A stretch of DNA of 64,000 nt from Gammaproteobacteria bacterium (GTDB lineage: Bacteria; Pseudomonadota; Gammaproteobacteria; SZUA-140): NCBI GenBank assembly GCA_016712635.1, contig JADJQS010000008.1, positions 63,104-127,103 on the forward strand, written 5' to 3'. The translations under genes were made by a program, and so were the position numbers. A model generated the notes under the pieces. The model had not been told where the DNA came from, did no database searches, and was given only the letters and a program-made list of their open reading frames with translations. Position 1 is the stretch's first letter. Every line of letters begins with the position of its first letter. Shown in pieces: positions 9,238-21,628 of this stretch.

Positions 9238-10691
9238 TCACGGTTCGACCTGTTCTTCCTCCGGCACGGTATCGTCCTCGGCGATGCCGAGTTCCTTGAT
9301 CTTGCGGGTAAGCGTATTGCGACCCCAGCCCAGCAGCTTGGCCGCCTCCTGACGCCGGCCACCGGTATGGCGCAGCGTTGTTTCGATCATGATGCGCTCG
9401 AAACGCGGCACCGCGTCGCCGAGCAGGTCCGTGCCGCCCTGGACGAGCCGGTTGTCGGCCCACTGCTGCAGCGCGGTTTCCCACGCGCTCGTTTCCCCTC
9501 CGGAGGGGAGCTCGTGCCTGAGTTCGGGTGGCATGTCCTCGAGGTGGATCACCCGTCCGGGCGACATCACCGTGAGCCAGCGGCAGGTGTTCTCGAGCTG
9601 GCGGACGTTGCCGTTCCATTCCAGCTGGGTCAGGAACTTGGTGGCCTCGCTGTCGAGCGATTTCGGTTCGACGGCGAGCTCCTGCGCCGCGCGATTGAGG
9701 AAATGCTGGATCAGCATCGGGACATCCTCGCGTCGTTCGCGCAGCGCCGGGATATGGATGCGGATGACATTCAGGCGGTGATAGAGATCCTCGCGGAACT
9801 GCCCGGTGCCTTGACGCGCTCTTCGAGATTCTGGTGCGTGGCGGCGATGATGCGCACATCCACCTTGATGGAACTGTGGCCTCCCACGCGGTAAAACTCG
9901 CCGTCGGCCAGCACGCGCAGAAGACGTGTCTGCAGCTCGACCGGCATATCGCCGATCTCGTCCAGGAACAGGGTGCCGCTGTCCGCCTGTTCGAAACGGC
10001 CGCGGTGCATGTTCTGGGCGCCGGTAAAGGCCCCGCGTTCGTGGCCGAACAGGTCGGATTCGAGCAGTTCGCGCGGGATTGCCGCGGTGTTGATCGCGAT
10101 GAATGGACCGTCGGCGCGCGGGCTGTGGCGGTGCAGCGCGCGCGCAACCAGTTCCTTGCCGGTGCCGGATTCACCCGTCAGCAGCACTGTCATGTTGGAG
10201 CGCGCCAGGCGCCCGATGGCGCGGAACACCTCCTGCATGGCCGGGGCCTCGCCGACGATTTCCGGAGAATGCGTGTTGGTCTCGTGGGGCTTGGTGCCGC
10301 TGCGCCGGCGCTGGCGGATGGCGTGATTGATCAGGTCGGTCGCCTCGTCGACATCGAACGGCTTGGGCAGGTATTCGAACGCCCCGCCTTCGTAGGCGGC
10401 AATCGCGCTGTCGAGATCGGAATGCGCGGTCATGATGATCACTGGCAGATCTGGGTAGCTCGTCTTGATGAGTTCCATCAGTGCGAGACCGTCCATGCCC
10501 GGCATGCGGATGTCGGCGATGATGGCATCGGGTTGCTCGGTGCTGAGGCGGTCCATGATGCCGGAGGCGCTCTTGAAGCTGGTGACCTGCATGTGGGACT
10601 TCGCCAGGGCTTTTTCCAGCACCCAGCGGATGGAGCGGTCATCGTCGATGACCCAGACGTGGTCGTTATTGCTGCTCATGCTGTTCCTCAA
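9238..10691 (-). pseudogene. glnG: Nitrogen regulation response regulator NtrC (sigma54 activator), reading frame broken by a frameshift near 9805-9809
   Basis: ORF 9771-10691 encodes the receiver and most of the AAA+ domain (VIDDD..., GESGTGKE, GAFTGA) and ends ...HQNLEERVKA then out-of-frame residues and a stop. The expected continuation GQFREDLYHRLNVIRIHIPALRERREDVPMLIQHFL...HTH(Fis) is in another frame, which runs on to the stop at 9238. At the junction the DNA reads gtc aag gca cc ggg cag ttc. Confidence 0.85.
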
Positions 10692-11733
10692 GTGGCAGTA
10701 TGATGGAAAAGACGGTTCTACCTGGGCGGCTGTTGCACTCGATAAGTCCGCCGTGCTGGTTCACGATCGACTGCGCGATGGGCAGGCCGAGGCCGGTGCC
10801 CCCCGGGCGGCCGCTGATCATGGGATAGAAGACTTTGTCGATCATGTCAGCGGGGATGCCCGGACCACTGTCGATGATGTTGATCTGCACCACCAGCTTA
10901 TGGGTCCTGTGTCCGATGGTGAACTGGCGCTGGGTGCGCGTCTGCAGCATGATCGTACCCTTGCCGTTGATGGCCTGCAGCGCGTTGCGCGTGATGTTGA
11001 GTACGGCCTGTATGAGCTGGTCGGCATCCGCGTGAAGTTCGGGGATGCTCGGATCGTAATCGCGCAGGATCGCGACCTGCGTGCCCGCCTCCGCCTGTAT
11101 CAGTGCGCGGACGCGCTCGGTGACCTCGTGGATGTTCACCTTGCGCTTGAGCGGGATGGCGTTCGGGCCTAGCATTCTGCTCAGCAGGGATTGCAGGCGG
11201 TCCGCCTCACCGATGATCACCCGGGTGTATTCCTTGAGAGTCTCGTTGTTCAGCTCGCGGTCGAGCAACTGGGCGGCCCCGCGCAGACCGCCCAGGGGAT
11301 TGTTTATCTCGTGCGCCATGCCGCGCATCAGCGTCCGGGTATTGTTGTACTGCGCAATGAGGTTCTCCTCGCGCGCGATCTTCATGTGCCGGTCCACCTG
11401 CAGCAGTTCGAGCAGCAGCTCGTGGTCGTTGCGTTCCTGCAGCGGGGTGACTGTGACGTCGACGGTGACCATGCGCTGGTCCGGCATGCGCAGCCGGGCG
11501 CCGCGCTCCGTATACGGGTGGCCGCTGTGCAGGGAACGGCTCAGAGCAAGGACGAATTCCTGGGATTCCGGGAACAGGCGTATGACCGGCTGGCCAAGGA
11601 TATGCCGCGCACTGACCTCGAACAGGATCTCGCCCGCCGGATTGATATATTTGAGCTCCAACGCCCCGTTGAACAACAACACCGCAGTGTTGAGGTTCTC
11701 AAGGATCCGCTGATCGGTGCGCCCCGTTGTCAT
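10666..11733 (-). CDS. glnL: Nitrogen regulation sensor histidine kinase NtrB
   Basis: N-terminal PAS-like domain, H-box MAHEINNPLGG, and N/G boxes (NALQA, DSGPGIP, GTGLGL). The ATG at 11733 is preferred over the upstream TTG at 11775. The 3' end overlaps the ntrC start. Confidence 0.9.
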   Translation of the reverse strand: MTTGRTDQRILENLNTAVLLFNGALELKYINPAGEILFEVSARHILGQPVIRLFPESQEFVLALSRSLHSGHPYTERGARLRMPDQRMVTVDVTVTPLQERNDHELLLELLQVDRHMKIAREENLIAQYNNTRTLMRGMAHEINNPLGGLRGAAQLLDRELNNETLKEYTRVIIGEADRLQSLLSRMLGPNAIPLKRKVNIHEVTERVRALIQAEAGTQVAILRDYDPSIPELHADADQLIQAVLNITRNALQAINGKGTIMLQTRTQRQFTIGHRTHKLVVQINIIDSGPGIPADMIDKVFYPMISGRPGGTGLGLPIAQSIVNQHGGLIECNSRPGRTVFSIILPLEEQHEQQ

Positions 11734-11993
11734 CGTATTTGCTAACACATCCTCGTTTTGCAAAAAGTAAACCAATCATGCGATGACGAACGATTCGATC
11801 GAAGAGTTTATGCGGCGTATCGAATGGCCTGAAAAATATTGATTAAATACAACGGAATAAACTGATGCATGCAAGATGCCGCGGTGCTATCGGGATCGAT
11901 GATGCCCATAAATCAGGCACAGGTTGCACACTGTAAATCTGTATGTTGCCCTATTTTAGGGCAATGACCCGGATTGCGCGATCATTATGGGGC

Positions 11994-12548
11994 TTAGGGG
12001 CGACCTGGCTGCAGGGTCGAGTGCTGTTTGAGGTGGATGGTGACGGGCGCAGAATGCATCAGGACTCGACCTGCGATGTCGTGCACCTCTGCAGTAAGGA
12101 CATGCGAGCCGCGGTCGACCTCGGCGATTGTGAAGCGGGTGTCGTCTGCCGGTCCGGCGACCCGGCTGCCGTCCAGCAGGATCACCAGGCGGTGTCCCTG
12201 CTGCACCTTCAGGGCGGGTTCGAGAGCGATGTCTACGCTGACTTCGCGCTCATTGCTCCATATGACCTGGTCATCGGTGGGCTCCATGATCTCAAGACGG
12301 TCATAGGGCGGCACGATGGGTTGTGTGCGTTCCACGGCCCCGGCGCCGGCGGGCGACTTCAGTGAGGGAATCACCATGGGCTGCGGCGGGTCTATCTTCT
12401 CGGCATTGGGCAGCGGTTCGCTCGAGTAGGTTACCGTGCCGTCCGGCAGCACCTGTTTGTAGATCTCCGCGGCCAGGGCGCAGGGAGCCAGTCCCAGGAG
12501 GCAGATCAGGCCGGGAAGACAGAGGTTCTGTATCTTGTTCAGCATCAT
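11994..12548 (-). CDS. DUF4124-like periplasmic protein
   Basis: Only the last 184 codons of the 491-aa ORF are plausible. They have an ATG ATG start, a signal peptide (LCLPGLICLLGLAPCALAAE) and then IYKQVLPDGTVTYS, typical of DUF4124. The upstream part of the ORF overlaps glnA out of frame. Confidence 0.65.
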   Translation of the reverse strand: MMLNKIQNLCLPGLICLLGLAPCALAAEIYKQVLPDGTVTYSSEPLPNAEKIDPPQPMVIPSLKSPAGAGAVERTQPIVPPYDRLEIMEPTDDQVIWSNEREVSVDIALEPALKVQQGHRLVILLDGSRVAGPADDTRFTIAEVDRGSHVLTAEVHDIAGRVLMHSAPVTIHLKQHSTLQPGRP

Positions 12549-12581
12549 CCCATCTATGTATCCGGGAACGCGCAGGATGTC

Positions 12582-12616
12582 AAAAAAAACCCCCGGCCAG
12601 GCGGGCCGGGGGTTTT
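12582..12616 (-). terminator. Rho-independent terminator downstream of glnA
   Basis: On the minus strand: CCCCCGGCC-cgcct-GGCCGGGGG followed by TTTTTTTT. It also has a short T run on the other side, so it may act bidirectionally. Confidence 0.8.
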
Positions 12617-12646
12617 GGCATGGTATGAACCGGAAACGCGCTTGGC

Positions 12647-14053
<1,407 letters not shown>

Positions 14054-14107
14054 TTGCATCCTCCGAGACTATATCTAAACGGTTGCTGGTCAGACTTCCT
14101 ACCCGGT

Positions 14108-14123
14108 AGCAGAAACTATGCCA
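14108..14123 (-). promoter_or_regulatory. Sigma54 (-24/-12) promoter upstream of glnA
   Basis: The minus strand reads TGGCAT-AGTTT-CTGCT, with GG and GC separated by exactly 10 nt. It lies about 55 nt upstream of the glnA ATG. Confidence 0.7.
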
Positions 14124-14186
14124 TGCCGGAATCTTATTTAATTACAGATACATAACTATTATCTAATTCACCGCACAGCGTAAAAA

Positions 14187-14203
14187 TGCACCATCGTGGT
14201 GCT
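14187..14203. promoter_or_regulatory. NtrC-type enhancer site
   Basis: TGCACCA-TCG-TGGTGCT is a near-perfect match to the TGCACCA-N3-TGGTGCA dyad. It lies about 70 nt upstream of the sigma54 promoter. Confidence 0.65.
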
Positions 14204-14227
14204 GCAACGTTCCATCATGGGGCGTAG

Positions 14228-14461
14228 CTATGGGATTCTGCACACTTCCAAGACAATGCGTATCTCTTCCTTGCCTTGTTCTGAATCAAGCAGCCTGTGG
14301 CCGTGGATGCGGCACCATGCGGGGATGTCGTGGAGCGTGCCGGGGTCGGTGCACAGGACTTCCACGATGTCCCCGTTTGCCAGCTTGTTGACCATGTTCT
14401 GGGTACGTATCACCGGGATCGGACACAGCTGAAAACGCACGTCGAGAACGTGGTGGCTCAT
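14228..14461 (-). CDS. TusA/SirA-family sulfur carrier protein
   Basis: 77 aa from the ATG at 14461, with the conserved LD.R...CP.P motif (LDVRFQLCPIPVIRT). Its start overlaps the stop of the upstream PP-loop gene as ATGA. Confidence 0.8.
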   Translation of the reverse strand: MSHHVLDVRFQLCPIPVIRTQNMVNKLANGDIVEVLCTDPGTLHDIPAWCRIHGHRLLDSEQGKEEIRIVLEVCRIP

Positions 14462-15504
14462 GCTATGTACCACTCGCCGGGGATCTCCTCCTGGCTCATG
14501 GGGCGTACCTGGATCTCGCGCGGCTGGCGACCTGGCTCGATGATCTCGACGCTGACCAGCGCTGCATCCTTTCCCCTGCCGTAGCGCGCAACAAGCCGCG
14601 CCGATAACCGGAGTTCTTCTTCATCCGCCGTACCGTCGAGCAAGGCCAATGGTCCGCTGTGGCTGGTCGAGCGGAAGGCAGTATAGCGGTTTTTATAGCC
14701 TTCGAGGAACCTGTTTTCGCCTTCTTCGCGCCCAACAATGAGCTTGAAGTTACGTCGCGGCCGGATATGGCGGCCGACCTTGAGGAGCATGATATCGTCC
14801 AGTTCATAGTCCCGCCGCCCGCGCGATGTCCATAGATCCTCAATTTTGACCGCGTATTGCTCATTGGTCAGGAAGCAGCAGCCGCCCGCGGGTTGGGCAT
14901 AGTCATGCAGCCCGTAATGCTGCGCCAGTGCGATCTGCGGCTTGCGGGAACGGCCGTTGAAATCGTGGAGGCGGGTGCGATCGACCCACCCTTCGCGTTC
15001 CGGCAGGGTCGGCGACAGCAGCTTTGCGCACAATGGTCTGAGCAGGCGGTCGTTCGCGCCGGACTCGCGGGCTACAACAGGGAACGTGTCCCGGCGCTGG
15101 GACATGGGACGCTGACCCAGCACCTCGCCGGTGATGATGAAATCAAACCCGTGCTCCTCCATCCATTCGCGCGCCTTCCTGACCATGAATCCCTTGCAAT
15201 CAAGGCATGGGTTGATATGTGCACCGTAGCCGTGCTTCGGGTTGATGACGATATCCTTGTATTCCTCGATAACGTCGACGATATGGAGTTTGATGCCGAG
15301 CTGCTCTGCGACCCAGAGCGCGTTGTTGCGTTTGGGTCTGGCGGAGTCTTTGCGGCGGATGGCGTGCGTATGCCCCTCGACACAAAAGCCGGTGAAGAAG
15401 TTGATGCCTTCGACATGGACGCCATGGTCCTGTATGACGCGCGCGGCGAGCATGGAGTCCAGCCCGCCGGAAATCAGGGCCACGGCATTGCGCTGCGTCG
15501 CCAT
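14458..15504 (-). CDS. PP-loop ATPase (ThiI/MnmA-like tRNA thiolation enzyme family)
   Basis: Has the SGGLDS PP-loop near the N-terminus, Cys-containing motifs (FTGFCVEG, NPCLDCK) and is translationally coupled to the tusA-like gene. The start is set at the ATG at 15504. Confidence 0.7.
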   Translation of the reverse strand: MATQRNAVALISGGLDSMLAARVIQDHGVHVEGINFFTGFCVEGHTHAIRRKDSARPKRNNALWVAEQLGIKLHIVDVIEEYKDIVINPKHGYGAHINPCLDCKGFMVRKAREWMEEHGFDFIITGEVLGQRPMSQRRDTFPVVARESGANDRLLRPLCAKLLSPTLPEREGWVDRTRLHDFNGRSRKPQIALAQHYGLHDYAQPAGGCCFLTNEQYAVKIEDLWTSRGRRDYELDDIMLLKVGRHIRPRRNFKLIVGREEGENRFLEGYKNRYTAFRSTSHSGPLALLDGTADEEELRLSARLVARYGRGKDAALVSVEIIEPGRQPREIQVRPMSQEEIPGEWYIA

Positions 15505-15649
15505 ATCGTCTAGGGGGTGTTGTCCCGTCCCGGTGAAGACCGGTAATAATAGCAAATCCGGGATGTTTTGGACAAAACGACTTCACCGCGTTCGCGATGG
15601 TCGTCAGCGTTACGCGGGAAAGGCATCCGGAGGGCGGTGGGGCGTGGTG

Positions 15650-16216
15650 TTACATCAGGAATGCGTCGTTGTACGCCGGAGATCTGACCGGGGTGGCGTC
15701 GGTGAAGGTGCGGATCACCCGCAGGGCGTGCAGGCTGCCCGTATCGCTCCACAGGTCGAAAGCATGCAGTGGAGACAGGCGGGCGCGTTCGTCTCTCAGT
15801 TCGCGTATGGCGTGCAGGAGATCCATCAAAGTGACGAACCCGCGCGCTAGGTCGGCATACAGGCCGCCCGCCTCGAAAGGCGCGGATTCGTGCAGCTGAT
15901 GGTATGCATTCTGACCCAGCTCGACCATGTCACCGAGACGGAGCTTGCGGCGCTCCGCATGTTGCGGAAACAGTCCGGCGAACAGGAGGCAATGGTCGCC
16001 GATGTCCTTCAGCCGTTCGACGCGGGATTTTGACTGCAGGAGCGGATCGTTAAGGTAATCGAAAGCCAGCACCCGCGCCATCATGAGCGGCTTGGCCGAA
16101 AATTGCGCCAGCAGCCCGACCAGGTAGTTTTCCGCTTGTTCGGTGATTGTGCAGCCGGTGAGATGCTCGGCCTGGCTGACGAGTTTATGCCATTGTGTAG
16201 CGGATGTCGGGTTCAT
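15650..16216 (-). CDS. Hypothetical protein (no recognisable domain)
   Basis: 188-aa ORF fills the gap between the PP-loop gene and glyQ. Its composition is coding-like and no competing ORF is present. Confidence 0.5.
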   Translation of the reverse strand: MNPTSATQWHKLVSQAEHLTGCTITEQAENYLVGLLAQFSAKPLMMARVLAFDYLNDPLLQSKSRVERLKDIGDHCLLFAGLFPQHAERRKLRLGDMVELGQNAYHQLHESAPFEAGGLYADLARGFVTLMDLLHAIRELRDERARLSPLHAFDLWSDTGSLHALRVIRTFTDATPVRSPAYNDAFLM

Positions 16217-16518
16217 GATTGATGGTTGCTGTCTTGATGTTGACCGGTGCTATTACATCGGCACAGGGTTCCACCGCCTTAGCGACCAGGTCTCATTTTG
16301 CCCATGCCAGCCCGGCGAGCTTGCGGTAAAAAGGCGGCAGTTGATACCATGCGGGATCGCGCGCATGGGTTGGTAATGACGCAAGCCGGCCGCGCCTGCC
16401 GGAGGTGCGGTGCAGCGATACCTCGGGCCGCACTGAAATCCATGCGGATGAACGTTATACTTCGAGGGGACACAGTCGCGGTGATTCCACTCGCCCATCA
16501 AATGTTGGCTGACAGATT

Positions 16519-17450
<932 letters not shown>

Positions 17451-17454
<4 letters not shown>

Positions 17455-19544
17455 CTGAATATCGCGATCTGCTCCTCGAAATTGGCACCGAGGAGCTGCC
17501 TCCCAAGGCGCTGCGTCACCTGAGCGAGGCGCTTGGCGAGGGGGTGCGTGCGGGTTTGCACAAACTCCATCTAGGTTTCGACGACATCAAGGTGTATGCA
17601 ACGCCGCGCCGTCTCGCGGTGCTGGTGCTGCGGCTGGCGGGAATCCAGCCGCATACGGTGGAGGAACGGCGCGGACCGGCATTGACGGCGGCCTTCGACG
17701 GGCAGGGCAATCCGACTCCGGCTGCGCTTGGCTTCGCGCGTTCCTGCGGCATCGACATCAATGCGCTGGAGACGCAGGAGGGCGACAAGGGCGCGTGGCT
17801 GTTATACCGCAGGGAGCAGCAGGGTCGTCATGTGCGCGAACTGCTGCCTGAACTGGTTCGCCAGCAGGTTGCTGTGCTGCCCGTGCCAAAGCGCATGCGC
17901 TGGAGCGACCTCGAAGAGACCTTCGTGAGGCCGGTGCACTGGATCGTCCTGCTCTACGGCGAAGAGGTTCTGCCCCTGCGTCTGTTCGGTCTTGATGCCG
18001 GGCGCGCGACCCGCGGGCATCGATTCCTTCGCCCCGGACAGATCAATCTGTCAGAACCGGCCGCGTACGCGCCGCTGCTGGAGACCGAGGGCCGTGTCAT
18101 TGCTGATTTCTCCGTCCGTCGTGAGGCTGTGCGCGCGCAGGTGATGGAGGCCGCGGTCGCGGCCAATGCAGAGGCGGTGATCGATGAAAGTCTGCTTGAT
18201 GAAGTGACGGCGATGGTCGAATGGCCCGTCGCGGTGCGCGGCGGGTTTGAGCGCCGCTTCCTCGAAGTTCCCTCCGAGGCGCTGATTTCCGCCATGAAGG
18301 CGCATCAGAAGTATTTCCACCTAGTCGACGGCCATGGCCGGCTGATGCCCGCCTTCATCACTGTGAGCAACATTGACAGCCCTGCCATGGACATCGTGCG
18401 CGCGGGCAACGAACGGGTCATCCGTCCGCGTCTCAGCGACGCCATGTTCTTCTGGGAACAGGACCGACGGCACACGCTCGAGTCACGACTTCCCGGATTG
18501 CAGCAGGTGATCTTCCAGCGCAAGCTGGGTACATTAAGGCAGAAATCGGAGCGGGTCGCGGCGCTGGCCGCCAATGTGGCGCAGATGCTCGGAGGCGATG
18601 TGCGCTCGGCCGAACGCGCCGGGCATCTGTCCAAATGCGATCTGATGACCCAGATGGTGGGCGAGTTCCCCGAACTGCAGGGTGTCATGGGGGGGCACTA
18701 TGCGCGCCATGACGGCGAGCCCGATGAAGTGGTGCTGGCGCTGCAGGAACAGTATTTGCCCCGCTTTTCCGGTGATCGTCTGCCCGTCACCGGGACGGGC
18801 CGCGCCCTCTCGGTGGCCGATAAGCTCGACACACTGGTCGGAATCTTCGGCATAGGTCAATCGCCGACGGGGGACAAGGACCCGTTCGCCTTGCGGCGCG
18901 CCGCCATCGGCGTGTTGCGCATCCTGATCGAAGGAGGGCTGCCGCTAGACCTGGTTCGTCTGCTCGACGCGGCGACAGCGATCTACAAGTCGCATGGCCA
19001 GGCCCTGGGTCACGAGCGGGCGGTCGCAGATCAGATTTACGGATTTATGATGGACCGTCTGAGGGCCTATTATCTGGAGACGGGGATGAACATCGAGGCG
19101 TTCGAAGCAGTATTGGCGCGTCGTCCAGCGCAGCCGTTGGATTTCGACGCCCGGGTCAAGGCCGTCGCGCGCTTTCAGGCAATGCCCGAGGCGGTGAGTC
19201 TCGCGGCTGCCAACAAGCGCATCGGCAATATCCTGAGGAAGGCCGAGGAAGACATTCCCGATGACATTTCTGAGTCACTGCTGAGCGAGCCCGCGGAGAA
19301 GGCGCTTGCCGATGCCATGAAAGCGTGCGAGAGGTCTGTTGGACCACTGGCCGAGCGCGCGGATTACAGCGGCGTCCTCAGGCATCTGGCTGAGATGCGC
19401 GGAGTGGTGGACGCCTATTTCGATCAAGTGCTGGTGATGAGCGAAGATGCGTTGGTGCGGCGCAACCGTCTCGCCCAGCTCAGCCGGCTGCGCGGGCTGT
19501 TCATGCAGGTCGCCGATCTGTCATGCCTGTTCAACCAGGCATAA
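17451..19544 (+). CDS. glyS: Glycine--tRNA ligase beta subunit
   Basis: The ATG at 17451 overlaps the glyQ stop (ATGA). The N-terminus is [15 protein letters not shown] and the length of about 697 aa fits GlyS. Confidence 0.95.
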
Positions 19545-20113
19545 CGCCGGGCGGGTCGCCGATACCGCGCCTGGTGATTCTGGGTCGCGACGGCGTGATA
19601 AACGAGAGGCGACCGTCCGGCGTACGCACCGTCGATGAGTGGAAGGCGATATCCGGCAGCCTGCGCGCCATCGCTCGGCTGACTTCTGCGCAGTTTCATC
19701 TTGTGGTAGCGACAAACCAGCCCGGCATCGCGGGCGGAGCTCTTGACGGCGGGATACTCGCGCATATCCATGCGAAGATGAACAGCGATATTGCCCGCGA
19801 AGGTGGCCGGATTGAGGCGATCTTCTACTGCCCGCATGGTGTAGATGATAAGTGTTCTTGCAGGAAACCCAGGCCGGGCCTGTTGCTGGAGGTGGCAAAG
19901 CGCCTGGATGTCGACATGGACGGTGTGCCATTTATCGGAGATACGTCCGACGACATCGAGGCCGCCCGCGCGGCCGGTGCGCGCCCTATTCTGTTGCGCA
20001 CCGGCCGCGGCCTGGAAACGGAAAAATCCTGTGCCGGGTGTGCGGATGTCGAGGTATACAACGATCTCGCGGATGCGGCGTCGGCCCTGATCGACTTGCG
20101 CGAGGCGGACTGA
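19523..20113 (+). CDS. gmhB: D-glycero-beta-D-manno-heptose-1,7-bisphosphate 7-phosphatase (HAD family)
   Basis: Has the HAD motif I variant (ILGRDGVIN), VATNQPGI, the Zn-finger-like insert CPH...C.CRKP and GDTSDDIEAA. Confidence 0.85.
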   Translation: MPVQPGITPGGSPIPRLVILGRDGVINERRPSGVRTVDEWKAISGSLRAIARLTSAQFHLVVATNQPGIAGGALDGGILAHIHAKMNSDIAREGGRIEAIFYCPHGVDDKCSCRKPRPGLLLEVAKRLDVDMDGVPFIGDTSDDIEAARAAGARPILLRTGRGLETEKSCAGCADVEVYNDLADAASALIDLREAD

Positions 20114-20117
20114 GTAC

Positions 20118-20831
20118 ATGCTGTTTTTTCGTTCTTTTCTGTTCGCAGTGGGTATGTGGTTGTCGACGCTTATCATCGCGCCGCTTGCCGTTCTGACTTT
20201 TCCATTTCCGTTCACCGCGCGGTATGCCTTTATCACCCAATGGGCCCGTTTCAATCTGTGGTGGCTGCGGCTTTCATGCGGCCTGCGATATGTGGTTCAC
20301 GGGCGCGATAATATCCCCGCCGGAAACGCCATAGTTTTTTGCAAGCACCAATCGGCCTGGGAAACGCTGGCATTGCAGAGCATCTTTCCTCCGCAGGTCT
20401 GGTTATTAAAGCGCGAACTGCTGTGGGTTCCGTTCTTCGGCTGGGGGCTCGCAATGCTTGAGCCGATCGCGATTGACCGTCGCGCCGGGCGCAAGGCAGT
20501 AGAGCAGCTGGTCAGGCAGGGCAGGGAACGCCTGGCCGATGGTCGCTGGGTTGTGATATTTCCCGAAGGCACGCGAGTGGCGCCCGGACAGACCGGACGT
20601 TACGGTATCGGAGGGGCCGTGCTCGCGGCAGCGAGTGGCTATCCAGTTGTCCCGGTCGCGCACAATGCCGGCGAGTTCTGGCCGCGCCGCGGTTTCATCA
20701 AGCGACCCGGAACGATTACTGTTGTCGTGGGTCCCGTGATCGATCCTCACGGGAAGGACGCAGAGACGATCAAGGAAGAGGCAAAAGAGTGGATTGAGCG
20801 GAACTCTCGGGAGCTGAGCACCGCCCGCTGA
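20118..20831 (+). CDS. plsC: 1-acyl-sn-glycerol-3-phosphate acyltransferase
   Basis: N-terminal TM segment, acyltransferase block I (CKHQSAWET), FPEGTR block III, and PV.PVA. Confidence 0.85.
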   Translation: MLFFRSFLFAVGMWLSTLIIAPLAVLTFPFPFTARYAFITQWARFNLWWLRLSCGLRYVVHGRDNIPAGNAIVFCKHQSAWETLALQSIFPPQVWLLKRELLWVPFFGWGLAMLEPIAIDRRAGRKAVEQLVRQGRERLADGRWVVIFPEGTRVAPGQTGRYGIGGAVLAAASGYPVVPVAHNAGEFWPRRGFIKRPGTITVVVGPVIDPHGKDAETIKEEAKEWIERNSRELSTAR

Positions 20832-20832
20832 T

Positions 20833-21624
20833 TCAACCGCTCCGGGCGGGGGTGAGTTTTTCACTCAACCTGGCCAATTCCTCCACATGAAGTTGCTCGG
20901 CCCGCAGATTGGGGTCGACAGCAGCGGCGTCAAAGGCGTCATCCGTCACCAGTCCCTTGAGTGCGTTGCGCAGGGTTTTGCGTCTGTACGCGAACGCGGT
21001 TTTAACCAGAAGCGAGAAGGCGTCATAATCGGCAACCTTGACTCTTGGCTCCGCATGAGGTATCAGTCTGACGAAACTCGAGTCGACCTTGGGTTGCGGA
21101 ATAAACGCGCCTGGGCCGATGGTGAATAATTGCTGGACCTCGCAGTGATACTGCACCATCACGCTGAGTCGGCCGTACTGCCGGTTACCGGGATCAGCCG
21201 CCATACGATCAACAACCTCTTTCTGCAGCATGAGATGCATGTCCTGGATGCAGCCGAGCTGATCGATGAGCCGGAATAACAGCGGCGTGGAGATATTGTA
21301 GGGCAGGTTGCCGACGACGCGCAGCTTGCGCCCGTTTCTGGCCATGGCGCAGATATCAGCATCCAGCGCGTCAGAGTTGTGAATAGACAAAGTGGAGTTG
21401 CCTGGGTACTTGAGCTGTTCAAGATGCTGGATCAGATCGCGATCAAGTTCAATCACGTCAAGTTCGATGCCGCAAGAAAGCAGCGGAACAGTAATCGCGC
21501 CGCGCCCTGGTCCGATTTCAATCATGTGATCGCCGGAGCGGGGGCCGATCACCTTGACGATTTTCGAAATGGCGCCCTGGTCTTGCAGAAAATTCTGACC
21601 GAATCGCTTGCGCGGCAGGTGCAT
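20833..21624 (-). CDS. rsmA: 16S rRNA (adenine1518/1519-N6)-dimethyltransferase
   Basis: PRKRFGQNFL, the EIGPGRGA SAM motif and GNLPYNISTP. The start is set at the ATG at 21624, just after the pdxA stop. Confidence 0.95.
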   Translation of the reverse strand: MHLPRKRFGQNFLQDQGAISKIVKVIGPRSGDHMIEIGPGRGAITVPLLSCGIELDVIELDRDLIQHLEQLKYPGNSTLSIHNSDALDADICAMARNGRKLRVVGNLPYNISTPLLFRLIDQLGCIQDMHLMLQKEVVDRMAADPGNRQYGRLSVMVQYHCEVQQLFTIGPGAFIPQPKVDSSFVRLIPHAEPRVKVADYDAFSLLVKTAFAYRRKTLRNALKGLVTDDAFDAAAVDPNLRAEQLHVEELARLSEKLTPARSG

Positions 21625-21628
21625 ATTG

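Noticed and set aside
11907-11921. GGCACAGGTTGCA upstream of ntrB, considered as a sigma54 promoter.
   Set aside because: It is on the wrong strand for ntrB, and the GG-GC spacing is 8 nt rather than 10.
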